The notes under the pieces: generated by a model | The model's input: the letters and a program-made list of their open reading frames with translations, nothing else | Database searches by the model: none | Told to the model about the DNA's origin: nothing | Made by a program: the position numbers and the translations under genes | Shown here: in pieces, positions 18,982-27,282 of the stretch | Layout: each line of letters opens with the position of its first letter | Position numbering within the stretch: position 1 is the stretch's first letter | DNA from: Proteobacteria bacterium UBA664 | GTDB lineage: Bacteria; Pseudomonadota; Gammaproteobacteria; UBA7966 | Assembly: GCA_002299125.1 (NCBI GenBank) | Contig: DBNU01000012.1 | Span: 1 to 38,844, forward strand | Length of the DNA: 38,844 nt | Direction of reading: 5' to 3'

Positions 18982-19572
18982 ATGAGTGTCACGTTGCCCA
19001 ATGCGGATGACGACTCCAAGGTCCCCTATCGACGTCATCCCATCGCGGTGACGGGATATCAGCGCATGGGAGCAGTCGGCATCCTCGCACCAGATGATCG
19101 CGTGGAACTCATCGAGGGAGAGATCATCGACATGGCTCCAATCGGGAGCCTGCACGCAAGCAGGGTCAACAAGCTGGTCGATCTGCTCACGGAGATGTTG
19201 CGCGGGCATGCACTCGTGGCTGCGCAAAACCCCATAGTTCTCGGTGAATACTCATCCCCGCTGCCGGATATCGCGGTACTGCGCCGGCGCGAGGACTACT
19301 ACGCACCGGCGCATCCCGGCCCGGACGACATCCTCTTCCTGATCGAGGTCGCGGACACGACCACAGCCTATGACAGGAACGTCAAAGTCCCTCTTTACGC
19401 GCGCTTCGGCGTCCGCGAGGTATGGCTGCTCGACCTGCAACAGAATCATCTGGAGGTTCACCACGGTCCCGACCAGGTCGGCTACCGGCATGTCGACCAC
19501 TATCGCACCGGAAGGGTATCTCCCCAATCATTTCCTGATCTGCGGATCGAGGTCGATGGGCTGATCTCCTGA
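18982..19572 (+). CDS. Uma2-family PD-(D/E)xK endonuclease
   Basis: RVELIEGEIIDMAPIG..H, PDIAV, LIEVADTT..YDR.VK.PLYA..GVREVWLLD. Confidence 0.9.
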   Translation: MSVTLPNADDDSKVPYRRHPIAVTGYQRMGAVGILAPDDRVELIEGEIIDMAPIGSLHASRVNKLVDLLTEMLRGHALVAAQNPIVLGEYSSPLPDIAVLRRREDYYAPAHPGPDDILFLIEVADTTTAYDRNVKVPLYARFGVREVWLLDLQQNHLEVHHGPDQVGYRHVDHYRTGRVSPQSFPDLRIEVDGLIS

Positions 19573-19593
19573 CGAGCCGTGCGGACGCTCGTC
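19571..19593 (+). terminator. stem-loop after the uma2 stop
   Basis: GACGAGC-cgtgcggac-GCTCGTC hairpin; no U-tract. Confidence 0.3.
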
Positions 19594-19692
19594 ACGGTCT
19601 TGCAACGTGACCCTCGTTCCAGAGCCAGCGTGCGTTATCGCCGCAGGGCGGATGGGCCGGGTCGGTGGTACGACAGATCCGATGGGGCGGCG

Positions 19693-19745
19693 ATGACAAA
19701 AACCGCCGACTTTCTCCTCATCGGCGGCGGCACCGGCGCACGCTC
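19693..19745 (+). pseudogene. lhgO: 5' stub of an lhgO paralog
   Basis: MTKTADFLLIGGG versus MKETADFLIIGGG of the intact gene; opposite orientation. Confidence 0.75.
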
Positions 19746-20241
19746 AAGGTCTGTCGCCTTCGCCCTCGGCCATTCCCAGCAACCGCGCGGCCTCGCCGGC
19801 CATGCGGCGGGCGTTCACTACCAGCAGCGCGACGCTGGCGTGGGTCTCCAGCAGCGCCTCGTGCAGCAGCGCGGGATCGCGGATGTACTCGTGCACCAGG
19901 CGGTTGCAGAGCCGCCGCAGCGTCAGCCAGCCCAGCGCGTCGGTGAGCCATCCCAGGCGCTCTGCACGCGCCAGGTTGTCCAGGGTGGACCCCACCGGTT
20001 CGGCACTGGCGGCCAGCAGCGCCGGCAGCAGCCTGGAGAGCCGAGCCACGTAGGCGTCGATGCGTTCGCTCAGATCCGGGTGTTGGCGCAGCGCAGCCAA
20101 CTGGGCAACGCTCGGCGGCGGCGCGAAGAGCCGCTGGTCGGTTTGCTCCAGGTACTCGGCTGCGGCCAGCACCACTTCGCGCAGGAAGGCCAGCCGTTGC
20201 TGCTCGCCGGTGGTCAGCAGGCCGGTTGGGGTAGTTGTCAC
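19744..20241 (-). CDS. HEPN-like toxin A, probably inactive
   Basis: Paralog of 23602-24075. The Rx4H motif reads CNRLVH and about 8 codons (QDTLGDKL) are missing in frame. GTGA overlap with MNT A. Confidence 0.75.
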   Translation of the reverse strand: MTTTPTGLLTTGEQQRLAFLREVVLAAAEYLEQTDQRLFAPPPSVAQLAALRQHPDLSERIDAYVARLSRLLPALLAASAEPVGSTLDNLARAERLGWLTDALGWLTLRRLCNRLVHEYIRDPALLHEALLETHASVALLVVNARRMAGEAARLLGMAEGEGDRP

Positions 20242-20537
20242 AGCACCTGGCCCTCGGCGCGCGCCACGCGATGAATGCCATGCTCGGGCAGGTTGGGTGC
20301 TGCGAGTAGCACGTCGATGCGGCGCTCCCCCAGCCGGAACATGAGCTCGGCCTCCAGCCGCGCGGCCAGCCACACCGGTCGCGTCACCGGCTGCGGGCAG
20401 TCCACGAGTAGATCGATGTCGCCACCGCGGGCGTTATCGCGTGTACGCGAGCCGAACAGCAGCACGCGTGCCTGCGGGCCGGCCAGCGCGGCCGCTGCGG
20501 CCTTGATCTGCTCACGCTCCTGCGGTGTCAGACGCAT
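20238..20537 (-). CDS. minimal nucleotidyltransferase (MNT antitoxin) A
   Basis: MRLTPQE...LFGSRTRDNARGGDIDLLV...RRIDV. Confidence 0.9.
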   Translation of the reverse strand: MRLTPQEREQIKAAAAALAGPQARVLLFGSRTRDNARGGDIDLLVDCPQPVTRPVWLAARLEAELMFRLGERRIDVLLAAPNLPEHGIHRVARAEGQVL

Positions 20538-20719
20538 CGCCGCATTGTAGGCAGTCAGCCGCACGCGGAGACACATGAGGCCCGCCCAATCCGGGCGAGA
20601 TCGTCATTTACACGCACCGATGCGGAGTTGAATCAGCCGCAATGTTCCGCTGCCCGCAAGAATCGCCCAGGACGTGGCGGGTACACCCTGACGAATCAGC
20701 TCAGTGCGCGCCGCTTTTT

Positions 20720-20915
20720 TGCGCGTCCGCAGGGCCGATTCGACCGCGCGGATGAAGCGGTCGGCGAGCTCATCGTACGGCTCCAACTCCTTGGGCGAGA
20801 GTCCGACCGACGGATCGAACGGCACGTAGGCGTCCAGCGATGCGATGAGCAGCCGCAATGCCGCGCGCGCCTTGTCGCGGGTCTCGCGGCGGAGATCGTC
20901 TTCGTCGGCGGTCAT
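20720..20915 (-). pseudogene. HEPN-like partner B, 3'-truncated
   Basis: ATGA overlap with MNT B; ELEPYDELADRFIRAVE then unrelated sequence, with no Rx4H motif. Confidence 0.65.
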
Positions 20916-21211
20916 AGCGGCAATCCCGTCTTGCGTGCGATCCGGTGGATCGGCCGTTCCTCCAACCCGGGGTAGACGAGCAGCACGTCGATCCGGCGCT
21001 CGCCGAGCCGGCGCATGACATCGATCTCCAGTTGCACGGCCTCGTGCAAGGGATCCGGGACCTCGTGCGGCACCTCGACCAGCAGATCGATGTCGCCGCC
21101 TCGGCGAGCGTCGTCGACGCGCGAGCCGAACAGCAGCACCCGCGCCAGCGGGCCGAAGCGCCCGGTCACGGCGGCGCGGACGCCCGCCTTCTCGGCCTCC
21201 GACAACCTCAT
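20912..21211 (-). CDS. MNT antitoxin B
   Basis: MRLSEAE...LFGSRVDDARRGGDIDLLV...RRIDV. Confidence 0.9.
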   Translation of the reverse strand: MRLSEAEKAGVRAAVTGRFGPLARVLLFGSRVDDARRGGDIDLLVEVPHEVPDPLHEAVQLEIDVMRRLGERRIDVLLVYPGLEERPIHRIARKTGLPL

Positions 21212-21270
21212 GCGATCGACCCGGCGCTGCTGCGGTGCCGACTACTGACCTTGGTGTCAATCAAATACAC
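21208..21270 (-). pseudogene. PIN/VapC (FitB-like) toxin 5' stub
   Basis: GTG start (M)YLIDTKVSS resembles the PIN N-terminus MYLxDTNVxS; overlaps the FitA-like stop; only about 20 codons. Confidence 0.6.
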
Positions 21271-21493
21271 GCGGCACCTTCTGTTCGGACTCGACGCGCT
21301 TGAAGTCCGCGTCCATGCCGGCGTCGGGATTCGATGCCAACACGCCCGCAAGACTGCGCTTACGCGGGCACGCCAAGGCCTCGGCCAGGATCTCGCGTTG
21401 TTCAGCCCCGGCGCTTCGCCCGTGCGCGTCGGCGCGCCCCCTGAGCGCCTTGACGAGCACCTCGTCGACGCCGCGAACGGGCAAGTCAGGCAT
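21257..21493 (-). CDS. FitA-like ribbon-helix-helix antitoxin
   Basis: VRGVDEVLVKALRGRADAHGRSAGAEQREILAEAL...PDAGMDADFKR. Confidence 0.8.
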   Translation of the reverse strand: MPDLPVRGVDEVLVKALRGRADAHGRSAGAEQREILAEALACPRKRSLAGVLASNPDAGMDADFKRVESEQKVPRVFD

Positions 21494-21601
21494 ACGAGGA
21501 CCCCTTGGCAAGAAGGATAGCGCACCGACAGGACTTGCTCCCGCCCCGCCCGCGGCGTCACCGGTAGTAATGCACGTTGACTCGGGAACGCGGGGCGCGC
21601 T

Positions 21602-21985
21602 TCAGGACAGTTCCTCCAGTCGTGCAGAGAGCACTTTCATGGCGAGGAGAAACGGCGAAAGTCGCACGTAGATCTTCAGTGCTTTCCGGGCGTTGTAGGT
21701 GTGCGACATGCGATTACGCGCCTCAAGCATCTCCAGCCAAATGGCCTCGTCGTCGATCCACTCGTTGGCAAAGGCCTGTCTGAGACAAGCTTTCGGCGAC
21801 AGGCAATCCGCCAAACCCTGCGACGTGCCGGCCTGCCGGATCGATTTCCACGCAAGCTCGAAGCAGAACTCGAAGTATTGTATGCAGCCGGCCTTCAGGA
21901 GATCGCTCTGTGCGGGCGTCGCCAACGCCTCCTCGAGCTGTGCAAGCGCGTTGGCGTAGTCCCTGGCTATCCAAGATTCACTCAT
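21602..21985 (-). CDS. HI0074-family HEPN protein C, intact
   Basis: GCIQYFEFCFELAWK, SPKACLRQAF, WLEMLEARNRMSHTY (intact Rx4H). Confidence 0.9.
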   Translation of the reverse strand: MSESWIARDYANALAQLEEALATPAQSDLLKAGCIQYFEFCFELAWKSIRQAGTSQGLADCLSPKACLRQAFANEWIDDEAIWLEMLEARNRMSHTYNARKALKIYVRLSPFLLAMKVLSARLEELS

Positions 21986-22295
21986 ACAGGATCTCGGCGT
22001 GCGCCATTGCCCGGGCCCGGAATTCGTCCCCTGCGCGGTTGAGATCCACCCAGTCGATCCGGTAGAGCGTGGGCAGCTCCTCGAGCCGATCTTCGAGCTC
22101 GTAGAACGCCTTGAGCGGCAGAGGATGCTCGCCGAGCACACCCAGATCGAAATCCGACCTGGGCCTTGCCTTGCCGCGTGCCCTGGATCCGAAGAGATAC
22201 ACCTTATATCCACGCAGGAGCGATCCCGCCCTGGCAAGCTCGTGCCGGATCATCTCCCTGATCTCTTCCTCCCGCCCTTGCTCCGCCGCCGCCAT
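21978..22295 (-). CDS. MNT antitoxin C
   Basis: VYLFGSRARGKARPRSDFDL...LPTLYRIDWVDL; overlaps the start of HEPN C. Confidence 0.9.
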   Translation of the reverse strand: MAAAEQGREEEIREMIRHELARAGSLLRGYKVYLFGSRARGKARPRSDFDLGVLGEHPLPLKAFYELEDRLEELPTLYRIDWVDLNRAGDEFRARAMAHAEILYE

Positions 22296-22339
22296 GGTCT
22301 GTCCCCCCTGCGATTCACCCGGATCGTCGGCGATTTGGC

Positions 22340-22420
22340 TCACGCACGGCTATACACATCCTCGCAGCGCACGATGTCGTCCTCACCCAGGTAGGCGCCC
22401 GATTGCACCTCGATCAACTC
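22340..22420 (-). pseudogene. manC: 3' end of a mannose-1-phosphate guanylyltransferase/isomerase gene
   Basis: ELIEVQSGAYLGEDDIVRCEDVYSRA* matches the ManC/AlgA C-terminus IEVQSGxYLGEDDIVRxEDxY. Confidence 0.85.
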
Positions 22421-22437
22421 GCATCGGGATGGCAGCC

Positions 22438-22701
22438 TGGGCCACCCCGGGTTTCGTGGCGGCGGTATGGTTTGAGTCACGCCGCCTCAACCAGCACGGC
22501 GCGCTCCCGATGGTAGTTCGCTTCGGCCTCCGCCGGTGGGATGCAGCCCAGTGGCCCCATCAGCCGGGGTTGGTTGTACCCGTGCACCCATTCGAAGGTG
22601 GCGACTTCCAACGCCTGACGGCTGCGTCAGGGTGCCTGCCGGTGGGTGGCCTCGGCCTTGTAAGTACCTTTGAAGGTCTCGGCGGGCGTGTTGTCGCAGG
22701 A
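22438..22701 (-). mobile_element. IS3-family (IS51-like) right end and transposase C-terminus remnant
   Basis: DNTPAETFKGTYKAE...P*RSRQALEVATFEWVHGYN.PRLMGPLGCIPPAEAEANY; IR-like tgggccaccccgggtttc at 22438. Confidence 0.85.
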
Positions 22702-22760
22702 GCGAACCCGCCCTGACCAGCTCGCGCCGGATCATCTCCCTGACCTCCTCCTCACGCCCT
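22696..22760 (-). repeat. diverged direct copy of the 5' part of MNT C (22214-22278)
   Basis: GREEEVREMIRRELVRAGSLLR versus GREEEIREMIRHELARAGSLLR; offset 482 bp. Confidence 0.85.
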
Positions 22761-22800
22761 GGTGCCCCCGCCGCCCAGGTCCCGGCAACCAGTGGGCGGA

Positions 22801-22985
22801 TCAACCATCCTCGGGGCGTTTAACGCGCAGCTTATGATCGGTCAGTACCACAAAGCAGCCAGAGAGTGATTGCAGGTCATGCTCCCGCTTCGCGGCGCTG
22901 AGGCGCTCAATCAGGGCATTCGCGCCAGGTTCCCGTAACCGAACCAGCATCAGTCCGGGATGTGTCCCGGGCCGGTACTCACGAA
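22801..22985 (-). pseudogene. DUF5615 PIN-like toxin, N-terminal half deleted
   Basis: VREYRPGTHPGLMLVRL...GCFVVLTDHKLRVKRP lies directly after DUF433 and lacks the DEN-containing N-terminus. Confidence 0.65.
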
Positions 22986-23221
22986 CAAGGAATGGGCGGA
23001 ACGGGTAAATCTTCTTCGGCGGACGCCGCGGCGAAGGCAATAACGGCGCGCAGGGCCGCTTCGTCGAGCGTCGGGAAGTCATGCAGGATCTCGGCCGCAC
23101 TCATGCCTTCGGCCAGGCTTGCCAGCACCGTGCGCACGGTAACGCGCGTCCCACGTACCACCGGTTCGCCGCCGCAAATCGCGGGATCGCGGACAATGTA
23201 TTGCTGATAGTCGAAAGGCAT
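22979..23221 (-). CDS. DUF433 antitoxin
   Basis: IVRDPAICGGEPVVRGTRVTV..VL..LAEG....IL.DFPTL. Confidence 0.9.
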   Translation of the reverse strand: MPFDYQQYIVRDPAICGGEPVVRGTRVTVRTVLASLAEGMSAAEILHDFPTLDEAALRAVIAFAAASAEEDLPVPPIPCS

Positions 23222-23397
23222 GACATCTCTCCTTCTCAAGAATGCCCGCATTTCCCATCGCCCCTGCCCTTTTCCTGTCGATCAGGGAGAGCGACTCAGC
23301 GAGTCCCACGAGGTGTCGTGCGCCGTCGCGGAGCTCCACTTCGATGGCCGGCTGGATTTACGCGCTCAGTCCAGCGGCCGATCCATCGCGACGGCAA

Positions 23398-23590
23398 CGC
23401 GGACTGCGCCGCCGCGTGAGCCCGCCCGACCCGCCCGCCGTGTTCCGCCGTGGGCTGCAACGCGCCGGTCAGGTGCTACCCGATGGCGTCGGACTGCAAT
23501 GCGCCGAACGGCAGGGCGCAGGTGAACGGCGGCGATCCCGCGTTCGGCACGTGTCAGGAACACTCGTCGCCCTCGAACTGAAAGTCCATG
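23398..23590 (-). pseudogene. lhgO: degraded 3' end of an lhgO paralog
   Basis: Nucleotide similarity to about 15340-15532 (cccgatggcgtcgg...ggcagggc.caggtgaacg...tcgtcgccctc.aac...aagtccat). Confidence 0.8.
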
Positions 23591-23601
23591 GGGTGGCGTC
23601 G

Positions 23602-24075
23602 TCACTCCAGGCGTGATGCCGCTCCCGTAAAGCGCTGGACGACCGCCGCAAGCCGCTCGACGAACTTGTGGCCTGCCTCAAGCGCGGAGGCGAGGATCAG
23701 CGGATCCTCCACGTACTCCTGCACCATCTGGTTACGCAGGCGGCGCATGTCGAACCAGGATTGGGCGTCGTCGACCAGCCCCAGGCGCTCGGCCCGGTCC
23801 AGATTCTCGAGGAGCGTCCCGGTCCTTTCGCCGTGCGCGGCAAGGAAGGCGGGCAGAAGCTTGTCGCCGAGGGTGTCCTGAAGCCGCCCGAATCGGGACA
23901 AGAAGGCCTCCACTCGCTCGGCGAGATCGATGTCTTCCTGCAGACGCGCGGCGCGCTCTGCCGTGAAGGGCTCGTTGAACAACCGCCGATCAGTAGTGAG
24001 CAGGTGTTTCAGCTCTCTTTCCACGATCCCTGCAAGGCGGTGAAAGCGTGCCGCCGCCCGCTCATCGGCGATCAC
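23602..24075 (-). CDS. HEPN-like toxin D with altered catalytic motif
   Basis: SRFGRLQDTLGDKLLP, NLDRAERLG, MRRLRNQMVQEY (Q at the usual His position); GTGA overlap with MNT D. Confidence 0.82.
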   Translation of the reverse strand: MIADERAAARFHRLAGIVERELKHLLTTDRRLFNEPFTAERAARLQEDIDLAERVEAFLSRFGRLQDTLGDKLLPAFLAAHGERTGTLLENLDRAERLGLVDDAQSWFDMRRLRNQMVQEYVEDPLILASALEAGHKFVERLAAVVQRFTGAASRLE

Positions 24076-24371
24076 AAGAGCACTCCTTCCTTGAGGGCCA
24101 CCTCGTGGATCGGCAGCCTCATCAGGTTCGGCGCCAAAACGACAACATCCACCTTGCGCCCCGCCATGCTGCGGCTTACCCGGCCAGCGATGCGCGCCGC
24201 CAGCGGTGCGGGTGCATCCACCGCATGCGGTAGCTCGACCATGAGATCCACATCGCCCCCTTTGGCAGTGTCGTCCAGCCGCGAGCCGAACAGCCTCACG
24301 GTCGCCTCGCAGCCGGCCATCTCCGCGACCACCTCGCGAATGGCGGCAATCTGGTCCTGCGTCAAACGCAC
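24072..24371 (-). CDS. MNT antitoxin D
   Basis: LFGSRLDDTAKGGDVDLMV...RKVDV. Confidence 0.9.
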   Translation of the reverse strand: MRLTQDQIAAIREVVAEMAGCEATVRLFGSRLDDTAKGGDVDLMVELPHAVDAPAPLAARIAGRVSRSMAGRKVDVVVLAPNLMRLPIHEVALKEGVLL

Positions 24372-24712
24372 GGAGAATCTTTCAGCGTCATGCGATCAGC
24401 TCGGGGATCGCCAGGCCAGCGCGCCGACCGCGTGTCGACAGGGGCAGCTACCGCTCCCCGGAGATCCGCCAGAGCGTCCATGGGACTCGCTTCGCTCATC
24501 CAGCCTGCACCTCCGCCTCATCCCGCATTGCAGGTCCTGTTTCCGCAGCGCGGCACCGTGTGTTCTACCGGGACAGTCGCACTGCGTCACCACACCCTCC
24601 GCCGATGCTCGCCCGGGCGTGGCCGGGGCCGCAAGCCTGATCGTTCCGCTGCCGGGGCAGCCTTGGACAACGAGTGCGTAGGGAGTTATCGGGAGGATGT
24701 CTGGCCGTCATC

Positions 24713-24949
24713 TCAGCGACCTGAACCTACCGCCACACCGATGTCACTGCGCTCGCCAGCAGCTTTGATCTCGGGATCGGTGCTCCCCTCCTCACGCCAG
24801 CCACCCCCGAGCGCCTTGTACAGCGCCACCGTCTCGGTGAGCAGGCGCACGGCGCTCTGCACCTCGGCCTGTTCCAGCTCCCAGATGCGGCGGCGGGCAT
24901 CGAGCACCGGGAAGTAGTCCTCAAGCCCGCCACGCTCGCGCGCCGTCGC
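24713..24949 (-). pseudogene. duplicated 3' fragment of the efflux OMF gene
   Basis: ATARERGGLEDYFPVLDARRR...ALYKALGGGW is nearly identical to the end of 27998-29527; early TGA at 24713. Confidence 0.85.
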
Positions 24950-24951
24950 AG

Positions 24952-24986
24952 CTCGACTCGGCTCGACTCGACTCGGCTCGGCTCGG
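24952..24986. repeat. pentanucleotide tandem repeat (CTCGR)x7
   Basis: ctcga ctcgg ctcga ctcga ctcgg ctcgg ctcgg, directly after the end of repeat copy 1. Confidence 0.85.
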
Positions 24987-25243
24987 GGAGAACTTCTGCG
25001 CACCTGTGCAGGCTTAGCGTCCAGCTCGCAAAGATCGCTGCGGAGCGATCCATCAGCCATCATGAGGCCCTCATGGCACCAGCGCGTGACATTCGCCGTT
25101 CGCTCGGGCATCCGGCTTCACCAGCCGGGCAATCGCCGGCAGGGCTGTGCCGTCCCCGGTCCACTCCCCCGGTATGCTCCACGCGTGGCTGCGGATGGCA
25201 GAACGGCTGTGCGCTCCTCTCCCGGCAATCCTGCAAGGCCGCC

Positions 25244-25405
25244 ATGTCCTTCGATCTCTCCCACGCCCTCGTGCCCGCCGGCGGCAGCAAACTCGGCAAC
25301 GACGCGCTGCGAAAAGCCCTTTGCGAGCGCATCGCCCCAGCGCTGAACTTCGACGTGGGCCGCGCCCGGAGGATCGAGGCGCTTGCGATCCCGGGGGTGC
25401 CGTGA
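25244..25405 (+). pseudogene. short 53-aa ORF, possibly an internally deleted gene remnant
   Basis: MSFDLSHALVPAGGSKLGNDALRKALCERIAPALNFDVGRARRIEALAIPGVP*; GTGA-coupled to the next gene. Confidence 0.35.
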
Positions 25406-27261
25406 GTTCGGAGCAGCAACTCACCCTGCTCGACGAGCTAGCGCTCTACGAGGGCACCGATGTCGAGTACAAGGCGGCTTCGGGCGGTCTCCCCGGAAGC
25501 CTCTGGGAGACCTACAGTGCCTTCGCCAACTCGGCCGGCGGCTCGATCTGGCTGGGTGTCGTCGAGCGCGGCGACGTTCCGTGCGTCCAGGGTGTGGAAG
25601 ACCCGCACAAGCTCCGAGGCGACCTCTTCAACCTTGCCAACAATCGCCAGAAGGTCAGTGCCAACCTGCTGACCGAGGCGGCGGTCGCGATCATTCCGGT
25701 AGCAGCCAGTGGCAGATCGGTAATCCGCGTCAGCGTCCCGCGGGCGGGCCGCAAGGATCGGCCGGTGTATGTGGGCAGCAATCCGTTTACGGGCACCTAC
25801 CGACGCAACCATGACGGCGACTATCGGTGTTCAGAAGACGAGGTTCGGCGCATGTTCGCGGACCAGTCCGATGAGCCGGCGGATAGTCGCATCCTGGAGG
25901 GCTTCGGCCCCGATGACTTGCACCCGGATTCCCTGCGGCAGTTCCGCGTGCGTTTCAGCGCGGCTTTCCCCAACCATGCGTGGTTGGCCGAGGATGATCC
26001 GGCCCTGCTGCAGCGTCTCGGGGGATTTCGCAGGGATCGTGTGTCGGGCAAGGAAGGACTGACGCTGGCGGGCATCTTGATGTTCGGCCGTGAACTGGCC
26101 ATTCGAGACCCGGCGGCACTGCCCGGCTTCCAGCTCGATTACCGGGAGCGACTGGCGGACTCGCCCGATGTGCGCTGGAGCGACCGGGTGACGCTCGATG
26201 GCACTTGGGAGGGCAACCTGTTCCAGTTCTACCAGCGCGTGATGATGAAGCTGGGCGACGGGCCGGGACTGAGGCGGCCTTTTCAGCGTGATGCCGAAGG
26301 CTATCGGCGCACCGGCACGGCAGTGCATGAGGCCCTGCAGGAGGCCTTGGTGAACGCCTTGATCCATGCCGACCACGCGGGTCAGGGCGGCGTGGTGATC
26401 GACCGGCATCTTGATCGTTTCGAGTTCTCCAATCCGGGCACCCTGCTCCTGTCGCGCGAACAACTGCTGCGCGGTGGCGTCAGCGAGTGCCGCAACAAGT
26501 CACTGCAGAAGATGTTCCAGATGCTGGGCGTCGGCGACAAGGCCGGCTCTGGCATCGACAAGATCCGCAGGAGCTGGGTCGAGCAGCGCTGGCAGTCGCC
26601 ACGGATGGCTGAAACAGTGAAACCGGATCGGGTGCAGCTTACGCTGCCAATGATCAGCACCCTGCCCGAGGCCGCGATGGCGGAGCTGGCGCGGCGCTTC
26701 GGACCTCAGGTGGCCGCACGATCCGGCGATGAAATTCAGGCGCTGGTGACGGCAGTGGAAGGGTTCGTGACCAACCAGCGACTGCAGGACATGCTGGTGC
26801 TGCACAGTGTGGACATCACCCGGATGCTTCAGGGCCTGGTTCGCGATGGCCTGCTTCGACCGGAGGGAAAGACACGAGGCACCCGCTACTACTTGGCAGG
26901 AAGCCCCCCGGATTTGGAACCGAGCCCCCCGGATTTGGAACCAAGCCCCCCGGATTTGGAACCAAGCCCCCCGGATTTGGAGGAGGACCCGCAACTGCTC
27001 GAATTGGCCGCCCCCGTCCGCGCCAGCGGCAAGGCCGCCAGGGAGATTGTCCGATCCGCCGTCCTGAACCTCTGCAAGGGGCGATTCCTGCGCCTGCGTG
27101 AGCTAGGAAGTTTGTTGGACCGAGCGCCGGAAACGCTCCGCGACGGCTACGTCAGCGCCTTGGTGGAGGAAGGTCGCCTGGAGCTCAGATATCCGGAGAA
27201 CCGAAGCCATCCGGACCAGGCCTACCGGACTCGGCCAACCGAACGGGAGTGCGGGGCATGA
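25402..27261 (+). CDS. Schlafen/AlbA_2-domain protein with HATPase_c_4-like and HTH regions
   Basis: EGTDVEYKAA...WETYSAFANSAGG.I.LGV (AlbA_2), ALQEALVNALIHAD, SNPG, RNKSL..MF, GSGIDKI; GTG at 25402. Confidence 0.87.
   Translation: MSSEQQLTLLDELALYEGTDVEYKAASGGLPGSLWETYSAFANSAGGSIWLGVVERGDVPCVQGVEDPHKLRGDLFNLANNRQKVSANLLTEAAVAIIPVAASGRSVIRVSVPRAGRKDRPVYVGSNPFTGTYRRNHDGDYRCSEDEVRRMFADQSDEPADSRILEGFGPDDLHPDSLRQFRVRFSAAFPNHAWLAEDDPALLQRLGGFRRDRVSGKEGLTLAGILMFGRELAIRDPAALPGFQLDYRERLADSPDVRWSDRVTLDGTWEGNLFQFYQRVMMKLGDGPGLRRPFQRDAEGYRRTGTAVHEALQEALVNALIHADHAGQGGVVIDRHLDRFEFSNPGTLLLSREQLLRGGVSECRNKSLQKMFQMLGVGDKAGSGIDKIRRSWVEQRWQSPRMAETVKPDRVQLTLPMISTLPEAAMAELARRFGPQVAARSGDEIQALVTAVEGFVTNQRLQDMLVLHSVDITRMLQGLVRDGLLRPEGKTRGTRYYLAGSPPDLEPSPPDLEPSPPDLEPSPPDLEEDPQLLELAAPVRASGKAAREIVRSAVLNLCKGRFLRLRELGSLLDRAPETLRDGYVSALVEEGRLELRYPENRSHPDQAYRTRPTERECGA
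26902..26982 (+). repeat. 21-bp coding tandem repeat x4 (SPPDLEP)
   Basis: agccccccggatttggaaccR repeated almost four times in frame. Confidence 0.95.
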
Positions 27262-27282
27262 CGACTCCCTGATCGTTGTCTA

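Larger units (their letters stand above)
23971..24949 (+). repeat. 979-bp direct repeat, copy 1
   Basis: Collinear with 27283-28261 (offset 3312) with scattered substitutions; contains HEPN 5' end, MNT, spacer and OMF 3' end. Confidence 0.95.

Noticed and set aside
23342-23388. GC-rich hairpin upstream of DUF433
   Set aside because: Imperfect, no U-tract and no second copy; expected by chance at this GC content.
24480-24508. REP-like atgggactcgcttcgctcatccagcctgc (also in repeat copy 2)
   Set aside because: Degenerate single unit; the second occurrence is explained by the duplication.
24990-25160. Possible highly degraded DUF86/HEPN remnant on the minus strand (HALV/HEG...DLCEL)
   Set aside because: Needs frameshifts and several substitutions; too weak to call by eye.
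26902-26982. CRISPR array
   Set aside because: Contiguous in-frame repeats without spacers; no cas genes.
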